Part shown: positions 12,572 to 24,472 of the stretch, in pieces
How the letters are laid out: every line of letters begins with the position of its first letter
Numbering within the stretch: position 1 is the first letter of the stretch
DNA from: Octopus sinensis
Lineage: Eukaryota
Reading direction: 5' to 3'
Length of the DNA stretch: 64,000 nucleotides
Assembly (NCBI RefSeq): GCF_006345805.1
Contig: NW_021831286.1
Coordinates: 423,742 to 487,741, forward strand
Made by a program: the position numbers and the translations under genes
Notes under the pieces: model-generated
Seen by the model: only the letters and a program-made list of their open reading frames with translations
Database searches by the model: none
Told to the model about the DNA's origin: nothing

Positions 12572-14569
12572 TGTCACAGGCGCTACCGGTTACCGAGCGC
12601 TACGGGTTACTGAATGCTCAAATTTAACATTTAAAGAATTTTTTATAAAAATTAAACCTAAATTTTTTAGTTATTATATTTAAAATTAATAAATATATAA
12701 TTTCAATATTTTTAAAGGCGCAGCATTTGATAATTTTTAAATAGATAATTTACCATGCGTATTCTATAAAGTTTTCTTGATGCCTCGCTGTTTTGTCAAA
12801 ACTGTACATGAATATGATCATATAGTTAAAATATTGGAAGAGCAGGGGATCATTGGAATATCTAAACAAAAAAATACAAATTAACTTAAAAGTCCAAGAA
12901 TTTTACTTTCATTACCGGGCGGCTATATCTTAAAGACTCACGTGGAAACCATAAAATAGTCATTTCTGCAGACAATCATGAGGAGATGCAATTAGTGGCT
13001 ACGCAAATTCATCAAATGACTCATTGCGGACATAACACGTAATCAGAGATATTTTTTGTTAAACGCGAAATCATCAGGAAAGTAGTATCGGAATGTGATA
13101 TATGTCGATTTGCGACACCACTAAAAATAGTTGATCCTGAAAACCACATTATAGCCTCACAACCAAATGAGAGATTTCAGATAGATCTGATTGATCTCAA
13201 AAGGTGAGACTTTGGTATTAAATAAATTCAAGGTTTAATGAAAAAAACCAATCTATCAAATGGCTTCTCACTGTCATTGATGTATATTCGAAATATGCGT
13301 TCACAAAAAATTTGAAAACTAAGAGTGGAAGTGAAGTTGCAGAAAATCTTAAAGAAATTTTTTTTGATTTTGGACCATGCCGATTCTTGCAATCTGACAA
13401 TGGAACGGAATTTAAAAATTCCTATGTTAGAGCATTATGTGATCGCTTCAATGTCCAGCAAATTCATAGTAGACCTAACAATCCAAGGAGCCAGGGAATT
13501 ATTGAACGCTTCAATCAGACAATCACAAGATCATTATCTAAGATGATGTCCGAAGATAAGTGTTGGACAAAGAACATAAAGGAAGCAGTGTATTTTTATA
13601 ATCTCTCTACCCATTCCTCGACAGGTAACATTTGAAAAATATTTTGAGGCAATACTCCATTTTACAAATATCGTGGGATCAATGGATTCAACAGCATTGA
13701 GATTAATACAGATATTGGTAGTTTAAATGAGATAAATAAAACATTTTTAGATTGTGAAGAAACACTAAATGATGAAAACTGTGCCGACATTGCTTCTGGG
13801 CAAAATGAGCAAACAGGTTTTCATTAACATTTGATTTTGAAGACACGTCATTTAAATTTACATTTAAGCCTTTAAAATTGGATTCAGCATATTTTAAGAA
13901 AATGAATAAAAGAATGGGCGTACATCAATCGAAATACTCATTTAAAATTGGTGATCTGGTAATTTCAATTTATCACTATTTCTAAAACATAGGTCAGGGT
14001 TCAGAAAGATTTTGGGACAAATCCATCCTTAGCTCTTCAAAAATTCGAGTCTCCATACGGAGAGATTGTACAAATTTCTAGTATATTGTCAAACAATATT
14101 GTCGAATTACGAATGTCCGACGGAACAATGAAAAAAACCCACAAGAAACGAATCAAAAATAATAAAGATCAAAAATAATTAAAATTTTAGTTATAATCCA
14201 TAAAAAAGTTTTTTTCAATTTCTGTGTAACGTTATGAAAATTTTGGAGCCTTAGTGCTTAAACGTCTTACGCCTTATTCTTGAATTAAATCTATAGTAGA
14301 TACATTTAGAATTGTTTTTATGTAAGATAACAATTATTAAATCTTAATAAATATATTTTATTTTAATATAGTAATTTTTAAAGCAAGTTTTTGTGCATTA
14401 TAATTTTAACAAATTAAAAAATATCATAAAAAATTATAACTTTTTTTACGTGTTTGATCAAATTAAGTATATTAATTTGAAACATAAAATTTCAAGTATT
14501 TTTTCTTGATTTTTTTCTAAGTCCACTTGGGTAACCCGTAGCGCTCGGTAGTGCCCAGCGCCTGTGACA
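12572..14569 (+). mobile_element. Full-length Ginger/TDD-like DNA transposon
   Basis: 39-bp TIRs beginning TGTCACAGGCGCT (12572-12610; 14531-14569) and 5-bp TSD TATTC on both sides. Confidence 0.9.
12780..14178 (+). pseudogene. Gypsy-type (rve) integrase/transposase with HHCC finger and four micro-introns; one frameshift and one stop
   Basis: H..H..C..C, FQIDLIDL, LQSDNGTEF, PRSQGIIERFNQT, HSSTGNTPF, FKIGDLV; introns 13204-13232, 13625-13648, 13817-13842, 13959-13992. Confidence 0.85.
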
Positions 14570-14939
14570 TATTCCCTTTTCTTAACCATTTTGTGTCAAA
14601 ATATAAAAGTAGCTCGCAATAGATTGCATTGGTTTTTTATAGAAAAAGCCGAAATAATCTTCTTTGGTCAGATGGGAATAATAATTTTTAGGGTGTCTGC
14701 ATTTCATAATAGAAATTTAACATTTTACTACATAATTAGGCTTACCACTATATTATTCTAGAAATCATGGACATTTAATGATTTCAATAATCAAAATCCG
14801 GGACTTTCTGGGACAAACAAAATTGTCACAGAAAAACAAGAAAATATCTTTAGCTGAAATTAACTATGAAATTCGATTATATTTTTGAACTGAATGAACT
14901 TTATCTATAAATTTTTGATTATTCTTGATTTTTTTCAAT

Positions 14940-15290
14940 TGATTAAATTGCATTACATATTAAAGCTTCAGTTTTCGTTCTAAGTGAACATTGGTTCGAA
15001 TAAAATATATATTAATTTCGAAGAACAGTCAGAAACATTATAACTCGTGTTATGGAGCGCAGTGTGATATCCAAACACTTTTCAGAAATTGTTTTGCAGG
15101 AAATAAATAATTTTTACTCATAAGAAATGGTTCAATACAAGTATTTTGAGCTGGTGCTGAAATGCATATTTTATGCTTATTGATGATACGTGATCCTTCA
15201 TATCAGAGCGACCTCCATAAGAAATTGAGAAACGCGAATTGCACAGCATGCATTCAGCAATATAATCGTTTCCATATTTTTTAAGAAATG
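14940..15290 (-). mobile_element. hAT transposase N-terminal relic
   Basis: CMLCNSRFSISYGGRSDMKDH...YHTALHNTSYNVSDC...RTKTEALICN with stops. Confidence 0.55.
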
Positions 15291-15345
15291 GAAAAAAATT
15301 CTTTTTCTTTATGTTAGGGAAGTAATCATAAAATTAGGAAAAAAA

Positions 15346-15427
15346 GGCACTGTGACCGAGTGGTTAAGGTGATGGACTTGAAATCCATTGGGCTATGCCC
15401 GCGCAGGTTCGAATCCTGCCAGTGTCG
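15346..15427 (+). tRNA. tRNA-Ser(UGA)
   Basis: Acceptor stem GGCACTG/CAGTGTC, anticodon stem ATGGA-CT TGA AA-TCCAT, long variable arm, GGTTCGAATCC B box, followed by T6 terminator. Confidence 0.95.
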
Positions 15428-15849
15428 TTTTTTAGTTTTCAAATAATTATTTTTAGTTTTCAAATAATTATTTATTATTTTTAATGTATTTTTATAAACA
15501 ATAAAGAACTAAATTTTGTAATTTTTTACAATTAGTTACCCGTTTTTTGCCGGACTATTGCCGTCCCAATTTGAAATAAATTGGAATAATTAACTTTCTT
15601 ATGCTTTTTCCCAATTTTGAAAAATTGTGTGACTGGCACAGGCTACACCTAGTCATCCACGGGCTTCTAGACTTGGAGTTGTTGTTGTTCACACTTAGTT
15701 AATGTGCCCAACTTTTTGAATTATGCAATTTACGCTTATTTGGATATCTTAGATCCTCTCTTCAATTCAACATCGCGATATAACTATACTTTTAAAAGTG
15801 TAGAAAAGTTAATGACTATAGATGTAGGCCTATCCGAATACTTGTATTT

Positions 15850-16310
15850 AATGATTTTACTCAACAATGCTGGAACATTGTGGAATTACTCTAATTTGGC
15901 CGCGAAGAAAGTTTATCACTTAGCGACAAAATATGGTCGAATTCTAAATAGTGACTACTAAAGAAAACACAACAAAGTAGTGAATTGTGTACATCTGCAT
16001 TTATCCAGGAAGTATGGAATTAAAAATCCGAAAAACTTACAAACTCATTCTATTGCATCAATAGCTACGGATAACTTTGTGCAGATTCGTATTGACATGT
16101 CAATAAATACGGATACGAAAGTCGAGAATAATAAGCCAGACATTATCGTACATGACATAATGAGGAACACAATCACGCTTATTGAAATCATCCCCAAAAA
16201 ACCTAAACCAAGTTGAAGTAGAAAAGCTTCATAATTAAGATTTGCTTGTCAGTGAATTGGGAGTAATCCGCAGAGCAAAAGTAACTATATTGCTATTGGT
16301 ACTGAATTAG
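15850..16310 (+). mobile_element. R4/Dong-like RLE retrotransposon 3' fragment, decayed
   Basis: HNKVVNCVHLHL, NKPDIIVHD; same family as 45500-48530. Confidence 0.7.
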
Positions 16311-16739
16311 AAATTAATAATTACTTGTGTTGTTTGTAAATTTCATATTACCCGAAAAATATGTAATTAACAATTCTAATCATTTCTATAAATTATTTAG
16401 AAGAAAATACAATTAGCCAAGAATGTAATTTAAATAATGAAAATCCTGAATTACCTCCAAATGAACAAACAATAGTTCGTCTCAATAGAAATGAAATTGA
16501 TGTAAAATTAAGAGAAATTGAAAAGTCACTTCTTGAAATTGTCGAAAACAAAGATGTAATGTCTAATTACCTTAATTAGAAGGTTTGATTAAAATTCAAA
16601 ATATAGAGAATTATTTTAATAAAAAATCATAATTATGTGTTAAAATAAATTAATTTATCACTCACGTTAATTTTGTCTATTTTCGATATATTTTGTCTAT
16701 TTTTAGTTTGCTAACAAGATGACGACGAAAGATGACGAA

Positions 16740-17046
16740 ATACCGGTGTATTCGGACGCTTTGAGTTGCCCCCCTCGCTTCGAAACCTCTGGAATCGTCG
16801 GAAAGGCTGCGATCTCAATCCTCACCGCCATGGTAGAAAAAATTCACACAAAAACAAACGACCGGAGGGAACGAGCTGGCTTTCCAGCGAATCTCGGTTG
16901 CTGTGCTCCGCGGAAACTGCCACTCAATACGCAGCGCGGCATCGTTGAGCTGACCCTCAGGGCCTCGACAATTCCCTTAGCACCCAATTGCTTACTTTTT
17001 TCTTTCTAATTATGTTTTTTTACTGAAAAAAAAAAAAAAAAAAAAA
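16740..17046 (+). mobile_element. CRE-like 3' end with poly(A) tail (17026-17046)
   Basis: FETSGIVG..., degenerate FQRISVAVLRGN, 20-nt A run. Confidence 0.75.
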
Positions 17047-17300
17047 AGTTTTGCTAACATCTAAAAATTATTGATTAATTTGAAATTGACATTTTTCAAA
17101 TCGCCGCAAAAATGGCGGAATAAAATATGACGAATTTGATAGTATTCATTGTATTTGAATTAGCCGAAATAGACAGTTTATTAAGATTACAAAAAACATC
17201 TTTGATCTCAAAGATTCATATAAAATTTTAAAAATAATTATCCACAAATTTTTATTAATAAATTACTCCTGGCATGTATATTTTACTAATCAAAAATAGA

Positions 17301-18345
17301 TTATTTAATAAAAAATAATAATTCAAATATTTCCATTTCAGCATCCGATTGGCGATTCTGGTCAAACGTGGTATCTTGAATCGTCGAGTACAAATCATTG
17401 GAATAGCAACATGAACTTAAACATAATTGTCTAGCTTACTCTGATGTAGTGCTGTGATTGTCTTCTCTAATACTGCAAATCGTATTTTCTGCCTGAATCT
17501 CAATTTCTTTTATTTTTGTTTTATTCATTTCCGGCTTCATCAAAACTTTCTGATTTTGATTTTGATTTAAAATAGCATTTCTTCTGCTAATTTCCTAAGA
17601 AATTGTGGCATTGACGAAAACATGTTCAAGATATGAGCACTGAACAAACAGACTAAAACGCCTTTCGTTCAAATCGTTCAGTTGATCATTGTTCCGAAGT
17701 CTCGAAATAAAATCATCGACATTTCCCCTGGCAAAAAACAATTTCTGACATTCATCCTCCTGTTTGACACTGCAACCGGAGGATAACCTTTCTCTGAATG
17801 AATAAACAATACGATTTGACAGAACTAGTAGCCAGAGGTTCCCCGAGAATGTTGGCAAAATCTTCTTTGTAGTTTTCTGTTTGTTTTATTCTTGAAATTT
17901 CGTTTTTTGTACAAAAATTGTGTGAAATTCTATCGATGGAGACCCTTGATTCGTGTTGATTATAATTTTGAATTTTTTTAGGCTGGGATTGGAAATCACT
18001 TTGTTTGTTTAGCAATTTTTTAACAATTTTTTCGGATTTGTGTATTCTTTGATTTAGACTTTTTAGTGTCCTGGAGTAATCGGCTAAAAGGGACTCATAT
18101 TTTTTAATTTTTGAAGATAACTTTACATTTTCCTTTTCCAAAAACTCTTTTTCTGGATGGAACTCCCCAAACTTGTATTTTTTGGTGGTATTTTGATCAA
18201 CTAAGGACTGGAGTTGGACATTTTTCATTTCCAATCTAAAAATACACACTTTTTACTACTCGGCCATTTCCTTTATCAGATTTAGGATTTTTTCTTTTTC
18301 TTGGACATTCAGGTTAAGAAGTGTATGTGTATCCCCACAGTCCAT
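17301..18345 (-). CDS. Coiled-coil protein, N-terminus resembling hinderin (KIAA1328)
   Basis: LLNLNVQEKEKILNLIKEMAE resembles [21 protein letters not shown] (recalled); 23-27-nt introns join the frames into about 310 aa. Confidence 0.4.
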
Positions 18346-18629
18346 TTATGCAACCTTGGAAACAAAATTCATCATTTTTTTAAAATAATTAATTTTATTA
18401 TCAAGAATTTACAGTAGAGCATTGATTAAACAATCTCTTCTGGTCGATACATCCTCTATTCGCACAATGATTCAGATAGGGAACCTCTTTTCTTTCGAGG
18501 TGCTGACAGGCACTGTCAATGTTGAGGACACTTATTTGGTGATAAATCTCGTTTATTCTCCTGTCCAATTCAAACGTTCTTTCCCAAGGTTTAGTCCTGT
18601 TTTATAAGCGACAATCATACTCTTAAGAG

Positions 18630-18940
18630 TTTTGGCGGAAGCCTGCAAAGTTGAAAAGTACAAGAATCATGCTACTCGGCATTCCTTCGTGCCTCTGGTT
18701 TTTGAGACATTAGGCACTTCCAGTGTGCTCACCTCATGCTTCATTAAAGACCTCGGTATCCTTATTGCTCGAAAGAATATGGATGCTCGCGAGTCCTCTT
18801 GGCAGAGGATCTCCCAATCGTGCGCGGCAACGCGCAAGCAATCCGTTCGGCGGGCTCTAACTCCTCCCCGTCGTGCTCTCAGACCGAGCTTGGCCGCTCT
18901 CTTCCTGACCTTGTTATTTTCCATTAATTAAAAAAAATAG
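18630..18940 (+). mobile_element. CRE-like 3' end
   Basis: KVEKYK..FVPLVFETLG..WQRIS, A-rich tail. Confidence 0.7.
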
Positions 18941-18968
18941 TAAAATTAAAACATTAAAATTTAATCAA

Positions 18969-19499
18969 TTAAAATTTATGAATAATATGTTTTGTAGGCC
19001 TTCGAAAAGGCCTCGTGAGGCAACCAAAACGTAGCTGACCCGACTCCTTTCGTCCCCCAAACCCCCCGCCCAGCCTCCTGGGAACCCAGTTGGGGAGTGA
19101 CCGACCATGTTCCACATCAACAAAAACATTTTTGCCATCAAGCAGAACGGATTTAGAAATGGCTCTTTGGGCATAGTGCCTTCGAGAATATTCCACAAAG
19201 GCATAACATTTGGAGAAACCAGTAACCAAGTCCCTTACCAGTCTAAGGTTGATAATTCGGCCAAATTGCTTCATTGTTTCCCTTATTGAGTCCTCATTGG
19301 TCTTAGGATCCAGTCTTCCAACAAATACTGTGTGAGAGGGGTCTCCGAGGGATCTTTTGTTGGGCACATGACGGGCTTTCAGTGCACGTAGGACTGCTTT
19401 GTCGTGAGGAATGGGACATGTCCCGTCAATACTGGCACACTTTACTGGACAATACTTCCTTACAATTGGACTCCATCGATCCTTTTTGTGGCCACACAT
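18969..19499 (-). CDS. SNRNP35: U11/U12 snRNP 35 kDa protein, intronless
   Basis: WSPI..Y.P.K.ASIDGT...HDKAV, RRM with RLVRDLVTGFSK.YAF, WVPRRLGGGFGGRKESGQLRFG. Confidence 0.93.
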   Translation of the reverse strand: MCGHKKDRWSPIVRKYCPVKCASIDGTCPIPHDKAVLRALKARHVPNKRSLGDPSHTVFVGRLDPKTNEDSIRETMKQFGRIINLRLVRDLVTGFSKCYAFVEYSRRHYAQRAISKSVLLDGKNVFVDVEHGRSLPNWVPRRLGGGFGGRKESGQLRFGCLTRPFRRPTKHIIHKF

Positions 19500-20888
19500 C
19501 AACTATTAATTTAAAAAAATCATTAAGTAAAATTTTGATAACTAACTAATCATTTAATTTTGTTTTATTTAAAATTTTACGATTATGTTAACATAAAGTT
19601 TGTTTAACTGATGTTATATAAAAAGAAGGAAATTATAGCATTCCTTAAGGATGATGTATTGCCAAATTGCGTGAATCAGAATGAGTGGAATTTTAGGAAT
19701 GAGGATTGCCCGACTCAAAGAATGACATTTTTATTTAAAACATCCGGAATTTTACTATATTCCAATCCTTGAAATATATGTTGTCCTCCACCTGTTTGTC
19801 CGAGAACTTTGGATAATAGACTGAATAAACAGTTGACATTATGTATTGCGAAATTTCCAATCAGTTGGCAAACATCGGATTTGGATTTATTTAACTTGGA
19901 TAAAAAATGACGTGATGGAGTACATTGTTTCCCATCAATAGTACAATTAATTCAATATTTGTCATTCTTTAAGCAGGCTTACCAGATATATACATTTTGT
20001 ACTTTAAATTATTTAAGTACTCATCACTGGAATGACTGACAAATTCTTAAAAATTTAGAATGTTTCAGTTATCCCTCAAATTAAAATTTCGAAAAATGCT
20101 ATTATTTGCTATTTTTTTCTTTGTGATTGCTATTTTTTGGTTGCCCTAGTTATCATTAATAATAATAAAAAACCAGTTTCAGAGGTTTCTAGACAATAGA
20201 AGTAAATAATTATGGGCGACTTACATTGCCTGGCCCTTAATTTTATGTCGGCTATTTTTAGTGAAAATAAGCCCATTTACCTAGAAAAATGTCACGTTTG
20301 TTTTTCAATCCAAAGCACAGGAAATTTTGGTGTTACTGCAAGCGGCTTAAATCAATTTCAAGCATCGTTATCAGCCAGGTATCACACAGAACCGGTGATA
20401 ATAATTATTAATTAATTTTGCACGTGTTATGTGCGTGGTATTGTGTAATATGTGGAAAATTTGAAATAAAAAAACAATAAATATTTTTTACCAGATTAAA
20501 TTACACGATTCGTTTAATAAGCTGGATAATCAGTCAACTATGGCCAAATCCACAGTCAACTAAAGTTAAGTCTCGTGGGAATTAAATGACGTCATTACCT
20601 GCTAAAATTTGAATATTTTTAAATAATTAAAATAATTTTTTTAGATATTAAACAATTTTTAAAACTGTTGTAAATTAGATTATCACGAGGTGATTTTTAA
20701 TAAGACTATTTCTTTTTCCCAAAAAGATAAAATTAAAATTTCCACAACCTAAAAATAGTAAATATCAAGGAAGATAATCAACATAAATAATGATTAAAAT
20801 TGTAAATTAATAAGCACGTAGTGGGATTACAACACCCCACATCACGCCACTTTGATTATATATAGATTGCGCTTTGTCAGCTTTTGAA

Positions 20889-22011
20889 ATGTTTATCCAA
20901 TCGTACTTGCGTCCTCACAGTCAATTAAAGAGACTCTGCTCTGGAGGAATCGCAATTGCCCCCCAACAGACGAGTGAGAGGGAGTCCGCAGTCTTCCTAT
21001 TTCCCGGACAAGGCTCTCAGTTCATTGGAATGGCCTCAAAACTGCGAGAATATCCACAAGCTGTCAATCTATTCTCCACAGCAAGCGAAATCCTGGGATA
21101 TGACTTGCTTAAAACGTGCATTGACGGTCCTTTCGATTACCTGACTCGAACGGATGTCTCCCAACCAGCAATCCTCGTCACTTCCCTGGCAGCCGTGGTC
21201 AAACTACAGCTCGAGAATGACCGAGCACACAAAATATGTCGGGCAACTGCTGGTCTCAGTTTGGGGGAGTATTCCTCCCTCGTCTTCTCTGGCTGTCTCT
21301 CCTTTGAGGATGGTTGTTCTCTTTTTTATATTTTAGCTGTGTCGGTTGTCAAAGTGAGGGGGATGGCCATGCACGAGGCTTCTGTCCAGTTCCGTGGTGG
21401 CATGGTATCTGCCATGATTTCCGACAAGAGCAAAATAGAGGACTGTATAAAGGCGGCTTTGGAGCACTGTCAGAGTCTTGGAATTAGCAGTCCAGTCTGT
21501 CAGTGTTCGAATTACTTGTCCTCTTCATTTCGTGTCATTGGAGGCTCAATTGAGGTGATATCCGCCCTTGAATAGTAAATATAGGCCATTGATTATATCG
21601 AGGCTAATGCCAGTAAGTTTGGGATAAGAAAAGTAAAGAAATTGTCGGTGAGTGGGGCCTTCCACACGGATATGATGAAGACTGCCTGCGAGCCTCTTGC
21701 GAATGCCTTAAAGTATGTGGTTGGTTGTGAGTGGCAGGAAAGTGGTATTGAGAGACCCGTCTATTTCTGTAATCTCGAATGTCACGGCCAGGCCATACGC
21801 GAATGCTGAGGCAATAAAAAAGTTGTTGGTCGAGCAGGTGGTGGCTCCTGTCAAGTGGAAGCAGACAATGCAGTTCCTTTTTGATTCCAATGAATCGGCC
21901 AAACAGGCTGTGTATGAAATGGGTCCAGGGAGGCAGATGAAGCCTCTCATTTCCTCCTCCGTTGATGAAAAACATAAAAATCTGCATATTCATAACTATG
22001 TCGATGTTTAA
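20889..22011 (+). CDS. MCAT: Mitochondrial malonyl-CoA:ACP transacylase
   Basis: LFPGQGSQ, SQPAI, GLSLGEY, VSGAFHT, PVKW; introns of 24, 30 and 25 nt. Confidence 0.95.
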
Positions 22012-22558
22012 CTTATTTGTTAATTTAATAAGTTCTGCATATAATTGGGTTGATGTTTTTAAACTTAATAATATTATGAAGAGATGGTTTTATTGAAAAC
22101 AGATCAAGGGAATGTTTTTTAGGTTTTCAAATTAAATCTCAGACTATTAAAGTCGCTGTTTCCTTGGCATTTTCGATTATGTCCTTTATATTTATAAAAA
22201 ATCAATTAAGTCAAAAAAGATCAAATTTATTACAGAATTTGAAATATCTTCTTGCATTTAGTAGTCGGGCTGTCTGAACTGAGTTATTTAGGAAAACTTT
22301 TTTTTACAATTTTTGCACGTTGTTATACATTTACCATTTATTTAAATGAAGAATTATCTGGATGATTAAATAATTTAATTGTCATTCAATATTTAACCAG
22401 ACATATTTTCAATTCACAGGTACTCACCATTTGATTCCACAACGTGTATTGTTGGATCCTTATTTTTGTAATAAATTTCAACAAATTCCCATATTGATAA
22501 ATTCAGTCGAGCTATTTCCCCAAAACTATAAAAAAGGAAATAAATGATTTGTCAAAAA

Positions 22559-23090
22559 TTAAAAAAGTTTCAAATGTCCGGTGAACTGGTCAATAAGTTC
22601 TGATGGACCTATCAATAAGAACGTAGAATAACCAGGGCCAATCCCAAGGGCAGTGAACGTGCCACTCTTCACCTGCGTCCTTCCAGCGTCACAAATCAGA
22701 GAACGAATGAGACCACCGGAAGTGACAGTTCTGCTGAGATTCAGTCTATTCCTCACATATAAGACAATTACAGTTCTTCTTCACTATTCACTTTGAGGAC
22801 GATTTTGGGTTGTCCATCCCTTTTCCACATGTCGAGGAGGTGGGGGTGATGTCGAACTGCCTTCAACGCACAGTCCACAGCAGCATGTCCAGCCTGGGCC
22901 GCTATTTTGCCCTTTTCCATTTTAAGATCAGTGCGAACTACAATGATCATTTTGTACTGTTTATTCGAGTCCTAAAATGAGCTAAGGGAATTAACCGAGG
23001 TATATTCACGGTAGGATAGTTTGTAACGTTTCATGATTAATGTTGATATAACTCCGATAATAAATGATCCAAACACTAACGAGGAAGTCT
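22559..23090 (-). CDS. PTRH2: Peptidyl-tRNA hydrolase 2 (start uncertain)
   Basis: N-terminal [52 protein letters not shown]; introns of 24, 26 and 25 nt. Confidence 0.92.
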
Positions 23091-23351
23091 GACAGTTTAT
23101 TAATTTAGCATTTATTGGACAATGCCACGACGAATTATTTCCTCGCACAATCTATTATTATTATTTTTATAAATCTAAATTTTAAAAGTAATTTATAATT
23201 ATACAATTTAATTCTTGGTTAATTTAATTTTATTCAAAAGTCTAAAGTAAGATGATTGAAAATTATATGCTGTGGGATAGATATAATATTATTAATTAAA
23301 GTTTGTAAATCTATTTTAAAATATTAGTAATTAAAATAAAATAAATAAATA

Positions 23352-24377
23352 ATGGAAGGGACACTGTACTCATGTGGGGCTATTTGTTCAAATTCTGATA
23401 CGAGTGATTCGAGAGCCTCATTCACAGAATGGGGGCATTATTCTGATTTAGAAAGAGTGGTTTCAACGTGGTCATCCACAGCAATCATCACGGGTATATT
23501 CCCTTGTCTTAAATAAAGAGAAGACCACGGAATATGAGGGGTTTATCAAGGATTATTTATCCAACCTCCACATCAACAAGTTCACAATTCTGAACAACTA
23601 CATATTCTACATCGACATGAACTGTGATCTCTACAGAATAACCACGGACGACACCCCACCCACTCCCAACCACTGTCTCCCTCATGTCCGTGACGTCACA
23701 TCCACGGAAACGGACATCCACGTGCTGACAAGTGTCCCCACCTCGAATATTTAAAGTTGGCGGGCTTTTTGGGACGTTGGACCCCACCACGTTGACAGCA
23801 CGGTGGCATCCCCACGTGGAGTATGACCAAATGTGTGGGGGAGCTCAGCACGTGTTGTTGAGGGCGGGAAACGGGGATGTTTATAGCTACGGAAGTGGGA
23901 GGTAGGCGGGAAATATGAGTGCAAGTAAAGGGCAGTTGGGGCACGGTGACTGCTTTGATGTCCTCCCCGGGGAGGGACCACGCAAACTCAGTTTCTTCCG
24001 GGGAGTGCCCGTGAGGACAATATCCTGCGGAAAGTGGCACAATGCGGTCATTTCAGGTGCCCTCTCCTCATTGTGCAGATATCGGGGATTTGTACTGCTG
24101 GGGGTGGAACTGGGGGGTGGCCATTCCTCTCCTGGTCGACGTGGAGACTGACTTGGATGTGGTTGGGGTGTCCTGTGGGTCTCAACACACACTCCTCCTC
24201 GCTGGTTTGCCTCTATATATATGCAAAGAGAATGGGCGAGTGTATTCCTGTGGGGACAATCAGTTTGGCCAGTTGGGAGTGTCTCAGAGTGGCCAGTCTG
24301 GGTTTGGTTTGGTCCATTTGGATGGTCCGGCCAAGTCTGTTTGGGCAGGGGGATTCTCCTCATTTGTTTTGCTGTGA
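23352..24377 (+). CDS. RCCD1: RCC1 domain-containing protein 1
   Basis: RCC1 repeats GQLGHG, CGKWHN..GDLYCWGWN, SCGSQHT, GDNQFGQLG; introns of 25, 25, 24, 22 and 24 nt. Confidence 0.7.
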
Positions 24378-24472
24378 TTATAATCTTTTTTATTAAAAAT
24401 TAGTTTGTTTTAATAATTATATTTAAAACAAATAGCATAATTGATTGAGTAATTGGCGGTTTTAATCTTGTG

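Noticed and set aside
12345-14620. Outer hAT element around the Ginger (GCGAGCTACTTTT inverted pair)
   Set aside because: Only a 13-bp subterminal match; right TIR and TSD not found
19855-20032. C/D snoRNA on minus (TTCCA-GTGATGA...CTGA-TTGGAA)
   Set aside because: About 177 nt, very AT-rich, no antisense element or host intron; plausible by chance
21555-21584. U12-type intron in MCAT (internal ATATCC..CCTTGAA)
   Set aside because: Protein alignment requires the GT three nt upstream, and the motifs deviate from U12 consensus
24452-24466. E2F/CDE-CHR-like TTGGCGGTTTTAAT upstream of the CDK
   Set aside because: Single short imperfect motif, not supportable without conservation data
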